In this document: piece after piece, positions 9,878 to 19,517 of the stretch
Position numbering within the stretch: position 1 is the first letter of the stretch
Layout: each line of letters opens with the position of its first letter
NCBI GenBank assembly: GCA_964632315.1
Contig: CAZWEM010000009.1
Span: forward strand, 32,001-96,000
Direction of reading: 5' to 3'
Length of the DNA: 64,000 nucleotides
From: an uncultured archaeon
Lineage (GTDB): Archaea; Asgardarchaeota; Lokiarchaeia; Sigyniarchaeales; SOKP01
Translations under genes and position numbers: made by a program
The notes under the pieces: model-generated
Seen by the model: the letters and a program-made list of their open reading frames with translations, nothing else
Told to the model about the DNA's origin: nothing
Database searches by the model: none

Positions 9878-11017
9878 TTAGGTCTTTTCTAATTCCATTT
9901 CCCTAATAGCTTTCCCCGATCTGAATGGGATATCTTCAACGCTTTCTCCGGCACGATACTTGAATTTCTCCTTAAAGGCATCGTTAAGCGACTGGAAGTA
10001 TAGAGATAACGGAAGGTTCATGGGGCAGTTATTATCACAATTTCCGCATTCGACACATCGATCAGCCACATGAGCGATACGTGTTAATTGATAGGTCTCT
10101 TTGTTAATCGTTTTCTCCTTTCGCTTCTTTTGTAAGATACAATCAACGCAATAGCATACAGGACAGCCTCGAATACACATTCCACACATCGTACATTTCT
10201 GTAATCGCTCAATTTTTTCTGTTTGTGAAAGTTTGTCCCATTCCTCTAAATCTTTTGCCCTCTTTGCAAGAGCTGCATCTTTAATTTCTTTGATTTTATC
10301 CACTAAATTTTGTTTAATATCGTTTGGTAAAGGTTTAGTCTTTATCTTCGATTTTTCGACTAAATCACTTCCTTTTTCAGTATAAACTTTTAAAATGATT
10401 TCATCAGAATCTATAGGCATCACTAAATCAGTGATTCCTAAATCAGCGACGACAGGAACTTTTCGGTTACATCGAGAACAATTTTCAGCTACGTTAATGG
10501 GGACTTCCTTGACCTTACCATCATCTAATTTCAGAATAAGTCCATTATCCCCAACTTTTTCTTTTACGACTTTAGCTGGATCGATATCCTTTACTTTCTT
10601 GATGTCCTTCGATGCACTTGGAATCATACCGCGATCTTCAAATGCAATGATAAAAAGATTCTCTAAATTCACCTGCCTAATTTTTGCTAATTCGATTAAA
10701 GCTCTTGTATCACATGGTCGAGCAATTACGGCAACTTTTTCATTTAAAGCTCCTTTTAAAGTTTTATGCAGATACTTCGCAGCTGAATCTGTTCTGGCAT
10801 AACCATAAGCTATCAAATTTGTTAAAGGGAATGTTTTAATGTCTTCTTCTTTTTCATAAACAGCTGGTATGACCGTAAATCGATCTTCTTCATTGGTTTT
10901 TTTATTAATTTTTGTTTCTGCACCTAATACTTTATCGACGTAGTTCTCTTTAAGAAGAGATCTTAATAAGATTGGAAAATCATCAATCTTTATGAGATAT
11001 TCTGCTAATGAATCCAT
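9878..11017 (-). CDS. FdhB/FrhB-family (F420-interacting beta subunit-like) Fe-S protein
   Basis: 'KVAVIARPCDTRALIELAKIRQVNLENL', CSRC, ADLG, C-terminal CTMCGMCIRGCPVCYC and CVECGNCDNNCP; lies downstream of hdrA-mvhD. Confidence 0.85.
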   Translation of the reverse strand: MDSLAEYLIKIDDFPILLRSLLKENYVDKVLGAETKINKKTNEEDRFTVIPAVYEKEEDIKTFPLTNLIAYGYARTDSAAKYLHKTLKGALNEKVAVIARPCDTRALIELAKIRQVNLENLFIIAFEDRGMIPSASKDIKKVKDIDPAKVVKEKVGDNGLILKLDDGKVKEVPINVAENCSRCNRKVPVVADLGITDLVMPIDSDEIILKVYTEKGSDLVEKSKIKTKPLPNDIKQNLVDKIKEIKDAALAKRAKDLEEWDKLSQTEKIERLQKCTMCGMCIRGCPVCYCVDCILQKKRKEKTINKETYQLTRIAHVADRCVECGNCDNNCPMNLPLSLYFQSLNDAFKEKFKYRAGESVEDIPFRSGKAIREMELEKT

Positions 11018-11142
11018 GTTGTTCCAACTGGGTTTATTTAATTTTAAACTTAACTTATATTTTCTAATACTTACTATATTTTATTCTATTCTTTCTTGTA
11101 AAAAGAATTATAAATTTATGTGTTGCATGGAGCTACCATTTC

Positions 11143-11179
11143 TTCGGTTGAGTTCTCATTTTTTTTAACTCAACTTCAT
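11143..11179 (-). promoter_or_regulatory. Eukaryote-like SECIS element 3' of mvhD
   Basis: AUGA-A-GUUGAGUU-[AAAAAAAUGAG]-AACUCAAC-C-GA: AUGA/GA quartet, 8-bp stem, A-rich 11-nt loop. Outer pairing AUGUGUU/AACACAU at about 11118-11191. Confidence 0.88.
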
Positions 11180-11197
11180 CAGGAACACATTAATTAT

Positions 11198-11665
11198 TCA
11201 TGTCTTGGCTTTTTTCGCTGCCGTATCAGGTCGTAAGGGACTGGGACCTAATTCACGTATGGTTTTATCAAATGCAGTCGCTTCTTGTTGAAATTTTTGG
11301 CCTTCTGCTGCGGTACAATATCCCAAGTGGATTCTATTTTCACTAAGTCCCATTGATTTGAGTACTTCCTTGGTATATTCGACTTCTCGATACGCAAAAT
11401 AATTTCCAGTCTCATAATCGCATTCTTTAGGGTATCAACCAACAACCATTACTCCATCCGCCCCTCGTCCAAAGGATCTCATTATTAAATCAGAATCGAC
11501 CCTTCCCGTACAAGGCACTAATATCACGCGAATTGAGGTTGGATATTGAGCTCTAATTGTGCCTGCCATATCTGCACTGCCATATCCTCATTTTTAGAAG
11601 ACTTTCGAGATGAAAGTCTCATTCCAACACAGGAAGGCAATGATCTTTATATCTTCTTCTGCCAT
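11198..11665 (-). CDS. mvhD: Hydrogenase iron-sulfur subunit D (MvhD/VhuD/FlpD) selenoprotein, 145 aa; Sec16 (UGA 11590-11588), Sec67 (UGA 11437-11435); 30-nt intron 11621-11592
   Basis: Spliced: [47 protein letters not shown]...GADGVMVVGUYPKECDYETGN...CTAAEGQKF...ELGPSPLRP. Absent from the ORF track. Confidence 0.93.
11592..11621 (-). other. Putative bulge-helix-bulge intron in mvhD mRNA (30 nt)
   Basis: 5'-UCCUGUG UUGG AA|U GAGACUUUC AUCUC GAAAGUCUU CUAA AA|A UGAGGA-3'. Central helix UUGG/CUAA, bulges AAU and AAA, 9-bp intron stem, in-frame UAA. Canonical cuts give UGU UGG AAA UGA (C-W-K-U). Confidence 0.82.
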
Positions 11666-11679
11666 GATTATTTACCTCT

Positions 11680-13647
11680 TTACTCCTCTATGGGTAATAA
11701 TTCATCGATTAAAGCATTATATTGTACATCCCTAAAGTAGGTCAATTCAATTGCCTTTGAGGGACAAATTGCAGCACATGTTCCACAGCCCCTGCATCTA
11801 ATTAAATCAACTACAATGTTTCCCTTTTCATTAATTGAAATTGCGGTATAGGGACAAGCTTCTATGCATTTATAACATTTAGCACACCGCTCATCCGAAG
11901 GACTAGCTCTTATTAATTCCATCATGTATTCACCTTTTCCCATTGGAATTGCTGCTGTGGATGCTGCTCCCTTAGCTTGACTAACCGCTTTATCAATTTC
12001 TTTTTGGCCTTGTGCAGAACCACAGATATAAATTCCAGGAACTTTCGTGCTAATTGGATCCAAGCGAGCATGAAATTCTTTTAAGAATCCATCTGGACTT
12101 TTTTCCATGTTTAGTACTTTAGCGATTTGATTTGTTCCCTCAGATGGTAAAGACGCTGAAGAGAGAACGACCATGTCAAATTCTTGGGTCACAATTGTAT
12201 CAGTCCCTACTGGTTCAAATTGAACGATTAAATTCTTTGTATCTGGATCTTCTTCAATTTTTCCGACAAGACCTTTAACAAAGACAACTCCAGCATCTCG
12301 AGACCGTCGATAGTATTCTTCATAATCTTTTCCTGCACATCGCATGTCGATATAAACGCATAGTATTTGCGAATCAGGATGTTCAGATTTAATTAATTTC
12401 GAATTCTTTAGTGACAGGTTACAGCAAATTACTGAACACCACGCATTTTTTGTAACATCTCTACTTCCAACACAATTTATGAATAAGATCCTTTTTGGTC
12501 TCGTAGAGTCGGAAGGACGTTTGAGGTGTCCAAACGTAGGACCATTTGGTGCTATAATTCGTTCTAATTGGATTTGTGTTATTACATTATCATAAGTTCC
12601 GTATCCATAATCAGGACCTTCGTAGAGGTCCCAACCCGTAGCGACTATAATGGTACCAACCTTTAATTCGACAACTTCATCTTGTAAGCTAAAATCAACC
12701 GCATCTTCTTCACAAGCATCAACGCATCCAAAACATTCGACGCAATATTCTCTCGCAATATCATAAACAGCGGGAACGGCTTGAGCAAAAGCGATGTCAA
12801 TACACTTTCTAGCAGAAAGACCTTCATCAAAATAATTGGATACATAAATTGGGCAAGCGTCAGTGCAAGCACTACATCCAGTACACTTATCTTCAATGAC
12901 AAAGCGAGAATGTCTTTTTACTTTCACTTCAAAATTCCCAATGTACCCATCTACTTGTTCTACTTCACTGAATGTTAAAATCTCTATATTTTCATGACGA
13001 TTAGCTTCAAGCATTTTAGGCCCGAGTATTCATATTGAACAATCATCAGTTGGAAAAGTTCTATCAAGTTGCGACATCCTCCCTCCAATGGTCGTATTCT
13101 TTTCCACCAAGTAAACTTTAAATCCTGAATCTGCTAAATCCACTGCTGCTGATAATCCAGAAATGCCCCCTCCAACCACTAATGCAGCTGGTTCTACAGG
13201 AACAGTCATGGTAGGTACGTCTTCTAATAATCTTGCTCTTGAAATTCCCGCTTTAATTAACTCTATTGCTTTTTGGAGGGCTTTCTCGCGTTCTTGTTGA
13301 TGAACAAATGAGCAATGTTCCCTAATATTTACAAACTCCAGATAGCGTGGTGGTAAACCTGCTTCTTTCAAAATTGCATGAAATACTGGTTGATGAGTTT
13401 TTGGTGTACAAGCAGCCACGACAATTCTTTCTAATTTGGCTTCTTCAATTTCTTCTTTAATGTACGCGGATCCTCCTTCTGTACACATAGAAAGATAATC
13501 AAAAGCTTTTACTCCAGGAAGTTTATTTAACTCTTCCACGATGGATGGAATGTCTAAAATTCCCGCAATATTGATACCTCAGCGACAGACGAAAACGCCA
13601 ACGACAGATAATCTGTTTTCATCATCCTTGGTCTGATTTTCAGACAA
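11680..13647 (-). CDS. hdrA: Heterodisulfide reductase subunit A selenoprotein, 655 aa; Sec23 (UGA 13581-13579), Sec206 (UGA 13032-13030)
   Basis: TTG start after GGGTG. GVFVCRUGINIAG and RTFPTDDCSIUILGPKM place UGA at conserved Cys positions. All segments are in one frame, joining the track ORFs 13030..13539 and 11680..13014. GGGISG FAD motif and ferredoxin motifs present. Confidence 0.95.
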
Positions 13648-13872
13648 GATATACACCCTTGCTATTAAATCCTCCTAATTTTTTGAAATTTAATGCTTAT
13701 TAATTGTTTAATTGATAATATTTCATTCAATTAAGTTATTGATATGTTAAATTAAGCTTTTTATTAAAGTTCAATTGTTATTCTAAATCACCAAGGTAAA
13801 AGAAGAATTTTTCAAAACATAACAATGCATTTTTCCCGAGCGATCCCCTTAATTTTTCATAAATTAAGAGTT

Positions 13873-15054
13873 TTATTTGGAATCTAATTGTAATAGCTTA
13901 CTAAGAGACTTTCGATCATTTGGTAATTGATATTCATCTAAAAGCTTTCTTAGATCGGTTCCATCTAAGCTTTCATCATCCCATAGACGTTCATTTTTAG
14001 CTAAAACTCTCAATACCATTTTTTGATGTTTATTAAGTTTTTTAAATGTCCAAGATCCTTCTTCTGGAAGTTCTGGAAATACAATCCACAATAATGAATA
14101 AATCACGTTTAAAGCCTTAGGACCTTGTAGTTTTGATAATAATTTTGATAGATCTGGAATAACTCTATCGGGAGATTGTACTGCGCAAAATTTTATGACT
14201 TCTGATATGAATCCTAATAATTCACCGTCATTCCAGGGGAATTCAAAGGGAGATAATTCGAATTCTATTATTTTTGGTATTTGCTTTAAAATATAATCTA
14301 TTGGAGTGATATCAACTTCTTCCTCTAAAATGTTAACTAACGCTATTGCTGCAGACATTTTAACTAATACTGAATCATGATCTGAAAAAAACTCCCTAAA
14401 TATTTGCTCATCTTTCTTATCTTCTAAGTAAGAATCAAGCATGGATAACGAAATTAATAAATTAACAAGAATCAACTCATTATTTTCTTTTGCTATTAAA
14501 GGTCTGATTTTATTAGCAGATTCAGATGCCGCTTCCCTAAACCAAGCAATCGCAAAAATAGCCATAATTTTTAATTCTGAATCCTTACTGTCTAAAAATT
14601 TATAATAAGTTGGTACTTCGGTCAAAGCTGATTTATAAGAATCGATAAACGCATCAATATGTTTTAACCAATCTTCATCAATTTCATCTAACTCTTCTGT
14701 TTCTTCTTCTTCTTTTAACGCTTCAGCATCAATCAACCAATCTTCTACATTCGGACCCTTTGGTAAAAATGCTTCTGGATATCCTAATGCGAGATCGACT
14801 GTAAATTTTATGAGACTTGCCTTATCAAGGACTTGAGGATCACGAATCAACTCGAAAATGAAGGGTATTGCGTAAGGAGTCGCTTCATATCTTGTTCCTT
14901 GATGAAAAATATTACCATATAGCTCCCATAATGCGTTTTTTCGTTCTTCCTTATCTTTGGAGGCTAAACTTCTTATAAGTTCGGGAACATCAGATGCTTC
15001 TCCATACGCATGCTCTAAACTCGCCCAATCCACCTTATTAAGTCCTTCTAACAT
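13873..15054 (-). CDS. HEAT-repeat protein
   Basis: 'VDWASLEHAYGEASDVPELIRSL...LYGNIFHQGTRYEATPYAIPF'; alpha-helical repeats. Confidence 0.8.
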   Translation of the reverse strand: MLEGLNKVDWASLEHAYGEASDVPELIRSLASKDKEERKNALWELYGNIFHQGTRYEATPYAIPFIFELIRDPQVLDKASLIKFTVDLALGYPEAFLPKGPNVEDWLIDAEALKEEEETEELDEIDEDWLKHIDAFIDSYKSALTEVPTYYKFLDSKDSELKIMAIFAIAWFREAASESANKIRPLIAKENNELILVNLLISLSMLDSYLEDKKDEQIFREFFSDHDSVLVKMSAAIALVNILEEEVDITPIDYILKQIPKIIEFELSPFEFPWNDGELLGFISEVIKFCAVQSPDRVIPDLSKLLSKLQGPKALNVIYSLLWIVFPELPEEGSWTFKKLNKHQKMVLRVLAKNERLWDDESLDGTDLRKLLDEYQLPNDRKSLSKLLQLDSK

Positions 15055-15210
15055 GCAAATCCACTTGAACAGTATTTCATAATTTCTTCAGATAAATAAT
15101 TTAAATACAGCACATATTAAAATACCTAGGATTTTAAGGCTTATTTCTCTAAATCACATTAGGTAGGTCAAACATAATTAAAAATAATATCCTCTCCTTA
15201 TGTAAATATA

Positions 15211-16380
15211 ATGAACACTATTGACCCAGCAAGCATAAATCAATTAATATTACATAAGCAACACTTAACTAAAGAATCGAAAAAAGATGATATCTTTCAA
15301 ATAGTAAAAAATTTATGTGGTTTACAGGCGACGGGAACATTTGAGCCATATGTATACTTGTTTTCTAGAAAAAATGATTTCAAAAAGGAAGAATTAAACA
15401 CCCAGTTATATGCTCTTAAAAGATTGATCAAGATAAGAGCAATGAGAAACACGCTTTTTATTGTTCCCATAGAATATGCTCCAATGATGCACGCCGCTAC
15501 TAATTACCTAAAGGAAAATAGATTTGAAGGCTTTTTTACATATACTGATTTCACGCGAGATGAATATTATGACCTTGAATCAAAAATTCATGATGTATTG
15601 GTAAAAGATTCTTTAATTACTACAGAAATAAAAAAACGGATAAATACAGATCGAAACATTTCTATCATTATCTCATTAATGTGTGATAAACTCATATTAG
15701 TAAGAGATCAACCTCCAAAAGGATGGAAAGATAGGAGAAATACGTATAGTTTAATGAAAAACAACTATCCAAATTTAGATTTTGAAGGGATTGAGGAAAA
15801 AGAAGCCATTAATACCTTAGTGTATAATTACATTGATGCATACGGCCCCGTGACTGAAGATGATATTGCTTGGTGGGGAGGTTTGACAAAAACAAGCACT
15901 CGAAATGCGCTCGAATTTAATGAAAATAACATCGAGCGGTTTTCCATCTCTGAATCAGAATATTATATACTTAGTTCTGATCTTGAAAAACTGGAACAAA
16001 TAAAACCTTCAAAAGCACATATTGTAAATTTCTTAGCAAATTTGGATCCTTATCTTATGGGTTATAAGAAAAGAGAACGCTTCATTAATCCTAATACTTA
16101 CGAGTTCGTATTCGACAGTTCTGGAAATGCAACCACTACTATTCTATTAGATGGAGTGGTTATTGGCATCTGGGACTTTGAGAAAAAACCGAAACCGAAA
16201 GTAAAATTCTTATTGTTTAATCAAGTGAATGAATTGATTTTAAATGAAATAAAACAACAAGCAAAGAAGATTGGTAAATTTGTTTTGGAACAAGATTTCC
16301 AAATTCAGCAGTGTACTGATTCTCTTCCTCTCACTAAAAGATCTGCGGGAACTTTTATGAGACCTCTTAAAAATTGTTAA
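15211..16380 (+). CDS. Winged-helix AlkZ/YcaQ-like (HTH_42) DNA glycosylase family protein
   Basis: 'LCGLQAT', 'AMRNTLF', 'YGPVTEDDIAWWGGL', 'LDPYLMGYKKR', 'DGVVIGIW'. Confidence 0.85.
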   Translation: MNTIDPASINQLILHKQHLTKESKKDDIFQIVKNLCGLQATGTFEPYVYLFSRKNDFKKEELNTQLYALKRLIKIRAMRNTLFIVPIEYAPMMHAATNYLKENRFEGFFTYTDFTRDEYYDLESKIHDVLVKDSLITTEIKKRINTDRNISIIISLMCDKLILVRDQPPKGWKDRRNTYSLMKNNYPNLDFEGIEEKEAINTLVYNYIDAYGPVTEDDIAWWGGLTKTSTRNALEFNENNIERFSISESEYYILSSDLEKLEQIKPSKAHIVNFLANLDPYLMGYKKRERFINPNTYEFVFDSSGNATTTILLDGVVIGIWDFEKKPKPKVKFLLFNQVNELILNEIKQQAKKIGKFVLEQDFQIQQCTDSLPLTKRSAGTFMRPLKNC

Positions 16381-16503
16381 AGATTGAAATCTTTTGTTTC
16401 AAAATTGTAGCTTCTACACTAGCTAAAATAAAAAAAGTATGCCTCTATTATACTGTTATTACTAATTCCATAAAAAAAGTAAATAAAAGAATAAAATATT
16501 TTG

Positions 16504-17061
16504 TTATTTGGTCCCAAATTCTTCTACGTTACCAAAAAGGCGTTTTACCGCTTCGATCCGAGTTTCTTCACCAATTTGTTCAACATTTTTCAATGATATC
16601 GCTTCTTTTGGACACACTGCGATGCATTGAGGTTCTTTCTTCCCAACCTCGGGATCTATGAATTCATCTTTCATGTTTTCACATAGGTCGCATACCAATG
16701 CTTTTTGATCGTTTATGTTCAGAGATATTACTCCAAAATCACAAGCTCTGACGCAAAATGCACATCCGTTACACTTATCACTGTCAACGATGATGGAACC
16801 CGTCCCTTCATCTTTTTCTAATGCCTTTTCTGGGCAAGCTCTTACACAAGGAGCATCCTCACATTTTTGGCAAGCAAGGGCAATGTTAAACACTGGTTCT
16901 ATTCTTACTCGATGTATGCGAGTGTTTATTGGGTTGAATTCAGCATCATGGACAAAACTGCACACGCTTTCACATGTCTCACATCCAGTACACAAAACAG
17001 GGTCTACAACGATGAATTGGTGCATCTTTCCTCCACGTTTCTTAGTTTTTACTGCTGACAT
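16504..17061 (-). CDS. 4Fe-4S dicluster protein, small subunit associated with AOR
   Basis: CTGCETCESVC, CQKCEDAPCVRACP, CNGCAFCVRAC, CDLC...CIAVCP; abuts the aor stop. Confidence 0.9.
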   Translation of the reverse strand: MSAVKTKKRGGKMHQFIVVDPVLCTGCETCESVCSFVHDAEFNPINTRIHRVRIEPVFNIALACQKCEDAPCVRACPEKALEKDEGTGSIIVDSDKCNGCAFCVRACDFGVISLNINDQKALVCDLCENMKDEFIDPEVGKKEPQCIAVCPKEAISLKNVEQIGEETRIEAVKRLFGNVEEFGTK

Positions 17062-18996
17062 TTACTTTTTACCTCCTTTGGTAGTTGCAGGTTTTAACTT
17101 ACCTATCACGAAGTCTAACCCTAACCTCTTCAATGTGTCATCAGTTGGAATGCCAGTCTCCTTATCCCAGCCTCTTGCTTCATAATAACCACTCAATAAC
17201 GTCTGAAAACCATCTTCTTTGAGAGTGACTCCCTTGGCTGGACCTTTTGTATGTGCATCCTTAAAGAATTTCTCGGGTGGATGATCATCTGCTCTTGTCC
17301 ATCCTTCACGAATGTTGAAACACTTAGAGAGATTAACAATCGCTTCACCTCTGGTTAAAATGGATTCATCTGTTACTGGAATTCCAGTGACTAATTCATA
17401 TACTTTTGCCATTTCCGCATCATTTTCATAAATTCCACGAGTAAATTTACAGACAATATAGGAATCAATTATGGCATACACGTCTTCAAGCTCTTTGATT
17501 GCCTTCCCGCGCTCCAATGGCTTGTCATAACCGAATCTGTCGAATTTTCCCTTAGCATCCAAACCATATGCACCATTTCTTAAGTGACAAGCCCCACGAA
17601 TAGATACACTTTCTCCAACTGCAAATGATGACATGCCATGAAGATCAAAAGCTGGCATTTCTAAACCTTTGATATGCATTCCATAATAACTTGCATTTTT
17701 TTTACCCATTTCTTCTAGCCGTAATCCAGCCTGTTTACATCCATCACCAAACACCTCACCGGCAAATCCTTTCCCTAAGATCATCTCTTCTGTAAAACGA
17801 ACAAGATTAGTCGTGCTTCCAAATGGAAGTTCATATCCTAAGTCTTTCTTGGTGATTAGCCCCTCTTCGTAGAGCTCACATGCCATTGAGGCCGTAACGC
17901 CACCACTAATGGCATCTATGCCCAAATCATCGCAAAGTGCGACGCATTTGAACACTGTAGGCCAATCCTTACAGCCAGTATTAGATCCAAATGAATAACA
18001 CATTTCGACATCGATTGATGCGTATAGGTTTGGATATTCAGGATGCGTTTTTGGTACTTTAGCGATATGATCACATGCGATTGAACATTGAGAACATGCA
18101 ACTTTTTTCACGATCCAATCTTGATTTAATGTATCGCCTGTAAATGCACCATTGTCAATTTCTTCCCATGTACCTTCTCTATAATTCATCGTTGGGAACA
18201 TTCCAAGCTTATTATAGCTTGTTATACCCGCAGGAGTACCAAGATCCCGATATTTAGCTGTGGCAGGTCCATTTGCCACTTTTATCAGTTTTTTGGCGAT
18301 TTTATAAAATTCAGCAGGCTGAGCGACTTTAACACCCTTGGTTCCTCGAAAACAGACAGCTTTTAAATTCTTAGAGCCCATAACGGCTCCCATTCCCGTT
18401 CTTCCAGCTTGCCTATTTCGATCGTTGGTGATACAACCCATTCGACTCATTTTTTCACCAGCAGGGCCTATTGACATGACAGCTAAACGATGATCTTGAA
18501 ATTCTTCTCTTAAAAGTTCTTCAGTTTCCCAGGTTCCTTTTCCCCAAACCGTTTTTTCACACGGTACCAAATAATAGTCATCGTCATCTATGACCATATA
18601 GACTGGTTCTTCAGCCCTACCTTTAAAAACAACGGTATTGATTCCAGCGCGCCGGGCTTGAGCTCCAACGGAACCAGATGAAATTGCCATCCCAAACATT
18701 CCAGTTAGTGGAGATTTAGCAAATACACCATATTTTGAACTCGTTGGAAGTATTGTTGTTGGGAATGGACCATGAGCATAAACAAACACGTTGTCAGGAC
18801 TTAATGGATCAATACCTGGCTTCAGTTCATCCCAAAGGAGTTTTGCTCCAAAGCCATAACCACCGATCCAGTCACGCATGAACTCTTTGGATAACGTAGT
18901 CTTGTTGATTTTCCCGTTTGTTAAATCAACATCAAGTCGAACTTGACTATACCCTTTTACTTGATCGGGTACGGGAATTTCTTTAGCCTTACTCAT
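17062..18996 (-). CDS. aor: Tungsten aldehyde:ferredoxin oxidoreductase family protein
   Basis: KSPLTG, SIGPAGE, GRTGMGAVMGSKNLKAV, CSQCSIAC, DDLGIDAIS, RGACHL, YYEARGWD. Confidence 0.93.
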   Translation of the reverse strand: MSKAKEIPVPDQVKGYSQVRLDVDLTNGKINKTTLSKEFMRDWIGGYGFGAKLLWDELKPGIDPLSPDNVFVYAHGPFPTTILPTSSKYGVFAKSPLTGMFGMAISSGSVGAQARRAGINTVVFKGRAEEPVYMVIDDDDYYLVPCEKTVWGKGTWETEELLREEFQDHRLAVMSIGPAGEKMSRMGCITNDRNRQAGRTGMGAVMGSKNLKAVCFRGTKGVKVAQPAEFYKIAKKLIKVANGPATAKYRDLGTPAGITSYNKLGMFPTMNYREGTWEEIDNGAFTGDTLNQDWIVKKVACSQCSIACDHIAKVPKTHPEYPNLYASIDVEMCYSFGSNTGCKDWPTVFKCVALCDDLGIDAISGGVTASMACELYEEGLITKKDLGYELPFGSTTNLVRFTEEMILGKGFAGEVFGDGCKQAGLRLEEMGKKNASYYGMHIKGLEMPAFDLHGMSSFAVGESVSIRGACHLRNGAYGLDAKGKFDRFGYDKPLERGKAIKELEDVYAIIDSYIVCKFTRGIYENDAEMAKVYELVTGIPVTDESILTRGEAIVNLSKCFNIREGWTRADDHPPEKFFKDAHTKGPAKGVTLKEDGFQTLLSGYYEARGWDKETGIPTDDTLKRLGLDFVIGKLKPATTKGGKK

Positions 18997-19517
18997 ATTT
19001 CTTCACGTATATCTGTTCAATATTTTTGATTTTTTTTAATTAAACAATTTATTATTATTAATTACTATTTATTAGCTTACCTCTTATATTGAGCAATAAG
19101 AGAGTTTTAATCTTCAACTAATAAATTAATTAAAACTCACTTTAGTTGAAAGATATTTTAACTTGGTTTTTATTCTATTTAAACTATTGATAATCGGATA
19201 ATATGAAAGCTGATAAACAATTAAATTTTAGTGACAGTTATTAAACATGGGTTTAAAGAACCTAAATTATTCTTAGTGTTGGCTCAAATGCCATTCTTAA
19301 AGCAACTTTTATTTTACTGATAAATAAATACCTTCATGTTTTATATCTCTTAAATCTACAAAGAGAAATTTTAACCTTTAAAAACGTGATCAAGTTCTGA
19401 AAAAATGATTGAAAATGTTAAAGGGAAAAAGAAAAACTCCTTTTTTACTATAATCATACTATATAAAAATTTTGTATCTCTATATTTATCAACAATAAAC
19501 ACTTAATTTGATTTATA

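Noticed and set aside
11248-11740. Track ORFs 11248..11445 (-) and 11546..11740 (+)
   Set aside because: Shadow frames over the real mvhD selenoprotein gene.
11198-13647. hdrA and mvhD as pseudogenes, or genome-wide UGA reassignment
   Set aside because: The UGAs fall at conserved Cys positions, a SECIS is present, and many other genes in the window end normally in UGA.
19081-19104. Imperfect inverted repeat CTCTTATATTG-AG-CAATAAGAG upstream of aor
   Set aside because: Could be a regulator site, but it is imperfect and single-copy in very AT-rich DNA, so it is not supportable.
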